A stretch of 64,000 nucleotides of DNA from Perkinsela sp. CCAP 1560/9 (lineage: Eukaryota; Protista; Euglenozoa: Kinetoplastea), in NCBI GenBank assembly GCA_965644495.1, contig CBFFSA010000001.1, positions 2,480,001-2,544,000 of the forward strand, given 5' to 3'. This document shows, piece by piece, positions 60,377 to 64,000 of this stretch. A model generated the notes under the pieces. It was not told the DNA's origin and did no database searches. It worked only from the letters and a program-made list of their open reading frames with translations. Numbering within the stretch: the stretch's first letter is position 1; the number at the start of each line of letters is the position of its first letter. A program made the position numbers and the translations under genes.

Positions 60377-61047
60377 CAGTGAAGTATTCAAATACGAGTG
60401 GATTATTATATTACGGTTATTTTTAATTATGGTTATTTTTAATTAAGATTATCTTTAGCCCCGAAAAAAAAATACTTTTTTTCATGTCTGTCACCGTCGA
60501 CCTCACTTTCATACGAAACAGAAACCTTTATAAAATGATCACAGACGAATCCAATGGCTTGGGCGCTTAAAAGTTACTCAAAAAGTGTGTTGAAAAATTC
60601 TTAATTTACGAGTGGATTACCGTAGAAACTTCAATTAAGGGTAATTAAAATTAAGGCAGCTTTAATTAAGACGGGAGTTAATTTTTTGTCGTTTTGAGGG
60701 AAAAATTGGGAAAACTTAATTTCATGATTCCGTCTCAGACTTCTCCTTTCAATGATCGTTTTAGCTTTTCTCTCACACGTTGAACTAGACCGTAAAGGTA
60801 GGCGAAACAGGCGAAGCTCGTCTAGAAAAGTTCGAAAAACATGAAAAATGATCAGAAACTGAGCACGTTTAGCAGAAATGCGATATTTATGCTACAAACG
60901 ACAATTCTTAAATCCGTTCTGCCTTAATTACTTTTATCCTTAATGACCGTTTCACCGGTATATTATGGTTAATTTAATTAAGATTAATTTTAGCCAAAAA
61001 TAACCTTAAAAGCGTAATTAAATAATACCGTAATTAAATAAACACTG
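60377..61047. mobile_element. Non-autonomous CAGTG...CACTG element (MITE-like), TA-flanked
   Basis: TA|CAGTG and CACTG|TA ends; recurring TTAATTAAG and TATGGTTA motifs near both ends. The TIRs are degenerate. Confidence 0.55.
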
Positions 61048-61704
61048 TACATCTTTATAACACTGTACATCTCCTTAGTACGACAGTACCGTACTTAGTG
61101 CCGTACTATTCGTACTAAGTACGAAAGTTCGTACTAAGAAAAATTTATTCAGCTTGCTTGTTAATTCGAATTTGAGAGCAATTATCACTCGAAAACATGA
61201 TCTCGAATTTGGGAGCAATTAATCTGTCGAATTGTCTTCACGATCACGACGCGATGCCCGTTGACGGCATGGGCCACGAATACCACATGTTGCTTCGCCC
61301 CGGCTGTATTCGAGTAAGGCCCCGTGCGTCTACTTATACTAGAGTGTCGATTTCTCCTACAACTTTTCAGAGATTTTCTAAAACTCTCTAAAAATTGAAA
61401 TCGGGTCGACGATCGTGGCTGTCATTCAAAAGGGCAATACGGCGATTCCGTCATCAAGTGTCCACCAGTGGCGGGAGGTGAGCATTCGACAATATTTATT
61501 GTTCTAAAAAAAGGGGGGAAACGTTTCTGTAAAACAAATCCCTTTTTTTTTCACTTTGATTTAGAAGGAAAAATTAAAAAATATCATTCGATCAATTAAA
61601 ATCCAAGTACCCTCCCATGTTTGGAAACCTTTCGGCTAGTAGCATTTGGGAAGAACAAGTAAAATGAATTACCGGAATGCTACACACAAAAGTTCTGTGA
61701 TTCA

Positions 61705-62853
61705 ATGAAGTTCGCCTCACTTATGCTAAGAGATTCTTTTCCCGACAAGCCAATGTGCTTTAGACCCGACACCAAGGGGTACTATTCCGATGATTTTAAG
61801 CGATCCGTCCCTGTTTCTCAACATGATCACGCAATTTTTCGCCTTGGCTCTACTTCGACTTTCTCTATTTCGAGGCAAAACACACCCTTCCAACAAAGCA
61901 CTTTGCGTATATTTTTTCTAGATAACAAAAGAGTAAACCTCTGGCACATTTCACGACGGAGTAATATAATAGGCGGAACGTTTGGTCAGCCCGATAAGAA
62001 ACAAGGAAGAATATTTGATCGCGCATATAAGCATATTTTTGGGGGTGATCCAAAGCGTGAGAATGAAAAGCAGCTTTCAGAATATGTCCCAGATGAGCAC
62101 GAAGCGGGAGAAACCGCGAAGAATGGAGAACACCTCGCAAGAGAGACCACCCTCGCGTTAGGACGACGAGTTCTCGCGTTGATTGAAACAAGAGGCGAAG
62201 TGCAGGAGATCCGCCGAGTGATGGATCGGTTTCTATCCTCGCTACGAATTACAGAGGATCTCCTCCCAGAGAAAAGTCTAGCCTACCTGATACATCCTGG
62301 GCTTTCGGGACCCGGTGAGGCTCCGAATCACCTCATTGAAGAGTTCCCTTCCAATCTAAAGGATTTTATACACGTCCTGGAGCAGGAGGATCCAATCCTG
62401 GAACCAAAGGCTCCGGTCTCCACTCTTTCAGGTGAGGATACCGACGAAGACGCACCTCGGGATGTGTACCTTAGTAAAATACTATGCGCTATGGCCATTT
62501 CAGCGAATCACGAAGGACTACACTTCCCGGCACTGGGGTGCTGTAAAGTCGCGCGGTCATGCACGCGAAACCCTACGCGGCTCGGTGGGATTTACGCCCT
62601 TGAGGCCGGGGTGTTAAATCGTATGCGTCGGTATCGTGAAGCAGAGGAAAGTGCTCGAAGTGCCGTCTCGGCTAGTCGGGGTTACAATTCTCAAGCATAT
62701 TTGCAAGGTGCCACCGCATTAGTGCACCTGCAAAAACCGGATGCCGCGAGACTGTTGCTCGATGAGGGCCTGGGTCTTATCCAGGACTCCAGAAGCCACG
62801 CGCTTGAGGCTCTGAGGAAACAAATTAAGCGCGTGCCCAAAATTTCTGAGTGA
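61705..62853 (+). CDS. Hypothetical protein, possible TPR-like helical C-terminus
   Basis: 382-aa ORF on the strand of all host genes; no family recognised. Confidence 0.7.
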   Translation: MKFASLMLRDSFPDKPMCFRPDTKGYYSDDFKRSVPVSQHDHAIFRLGSTSTFSISRQNTPFQQSTLRIFFLDNKRVNLWHISRRSNIIGGTFGQPDKKQGRIFDRAYKHIFGGDPKRENEKQLSEYVPDEHEAGETAKNGEHLARETTLALGRRVLALIETRGEVQEIRRVMDRFLSSLRITEDLLPEKSLAYLIHPGLSGPGEAPNHLIEEFPSNLKDFIHVLEQEDPILEPKAPVSTLSGEDTDEDAPRDVYLSKILCAMAISANHEGLHFPALGCCKVARSCTRNPTRLGGIYALEAGVLNRMRRYREAEESARSAVSASRGYNSQAYLQGATALVHLQKPDAARLLLDEGLGLIQDSRSHALEALRKQIKRVPKISE

Positions 62854-63147
62854 TTTTAAGTTCAAGGGTCATTTTCATCCCCTTAGAAATCAATCCGAGT
62901 CTGGCATTACTTTTTCACACGAGTGGGAAATCCGAAGCGTAGATCTACGGATCGCACGTAGTCGCTTTTCTTGAAGGAAGGGGTCAGAAGATTCTCAGTC
63001 TCACTCTTCTATTTCACTTAGTTTTTTAGCAGCCTGTAGGCTGTTACCTTGCCGAATCTGATACAATCTTGTACATGTGATGGTATTTCATTCAGATGTA
63101 TTTAGATCCGTTAGGTGCTAAAAGCTACTTTTAAACTTGCTACCTCG

Positions 63148-63517
63148 AATGAGGTAAACTTCCTATATGTGTAAGTTATCCTATAACCCTGCTTTACCGG
63201 TCCAAAGCCCGGGGCCACTGGCCTTGGTCGCAACCAAGTGCATGTGGAAAGGTGATGGTAGGAAATTAAGTACAACTGTAATATATATACTACTGTATTA
63301 GGATATAGGAAATTAAGTACTACTTGTATTTTGTGTAAATACTTACACACACACAAAAAAAAAAAGGGGGGGGGGGAGGTTCTTCCGACCTGTTAGCTTT
63401 GGACCAGCAGGATTATAGGATAACTTACACATATAGGAAGTATAGCTTGACTTGCCCCGCTCGGGTGCCAGTCACGCACACTTCCTGTAGGATGGAAGGT
63501 CGGACGTTAACCTCATT
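63148..63517. repeat. Nested inverted-repeat element
   Basis: 63158-63208 is the reverse complement of 63396-63441; 63148-63159 pairs with 63506-63517. Confidence 0.8.
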
Positions 63518-63740
63518 CCCTTGCAGGAGAATTAAGTCTATCTGTATTTTTTGTCATTACTTAGCTTTCCAATCATTTCTTGATTCATTTTTTCAATAAA
63601 CAGACTCAGGGAAATGCTTACTGCCAGACCGCTCATTATTCTTTTTTTTTTATTCTTTAGTTTTTTTATATATACGTATATGTCGCGTACGTAAACGCGT
63701 GCATGCATACGTAACAATTAGTATATTCTTTGGGTTCATA

Positions 63741-64000
63741 AGATTCCAACACATGTGGAACATACAACGTGTGTGATGTATGTGTAGATCACAAGATACC
63801 GTATGCCATTCGGCTCGTGCGATCCAACATTTGTGGATTTTTTATGTGAATCTCACTGAAACCACTTATACAGCTCTAACAGCTCATTAGACTCCAGCTA
63901 TTGTACCTCAATAGATTCCAACATTTGTGGAATTTTTCTTATGTGGCGCCGCATCTGTGACCTTTTTATAGATTCCAACATTTGTGGAAACATTCTTACG
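63741..64000. repeat. Interspersed ~20-bp palindromic repeat AGATTCCAACATTTGTGGAA (4 copies, window-truncated)
   Basis: Copies at 63741, 63821, 63913 and 63970, separated by non-repeated sequence. Confidence 0.8.

Noticed and set aside
63741-64000. CRISPR array
   Set aside because: Eukaryotic context, short degenerate repeat, irregular spacing and no cas genes; kept only as an unexplained repeat.

Overview
Eukaryotic, intron-less DNA that looks kinetoplastid (Euglenozoa). The evidence is a PEPCK ending in a glycosomal PTS1 (-AKL), a tandem HSP83/90 array, all host genes co-oriented as one polycistronic-type unit, and a spliced-leader (SL)-like 39-mer. Bases 1-22.7 kb are a nest of mobile elements. 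A 5,093-bp unit is repeated about 2.8 times and contains a truncated pogo-like DDE transposase, a CRE-clade RT fragment, a CRE 3' end, an SL-exon copy and the 5' half of a tyrosine-recombinase (YR, TATE/VIPER-type) retrotransposon. After it come two diverged YR retrotransposons fused tail-to-tail, a 5'-truncated CRE element with a 13-bp TSD, a deleted Tc1-like element and a ~0.8-kb fold-back. After a 221-nt gap come six HSP90 copies and 12 further + strand genes: a receptor-like pseudokinase, V-ATPase G, RAD17, fibrillarin, a FUSC/ALMT-like transporter, PEPCK, ELP3, SKP1-like, a D/D-domain protein, SEC61-gamma, GDP-fucose synthase and an unknown. These are interspersed with MITEs and a near-intact DD35E Tc1/IS630-like transposon. 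Two observations stand out. (1) A conserved candidate -1 programmed ribosomal frameshift signal (G_GAT_TTY, 7-nt spacer, G5/C5 stem) joins ORF1 to the recombinase in both diverged YR elements. (2) An exactly 39-nt SL exon sits in genomic DNA between 34-bp direct repeats in trans-spliced configuration, which suggests an RNA-derived insertion. All calls are from reading the sequence; no searches were run.
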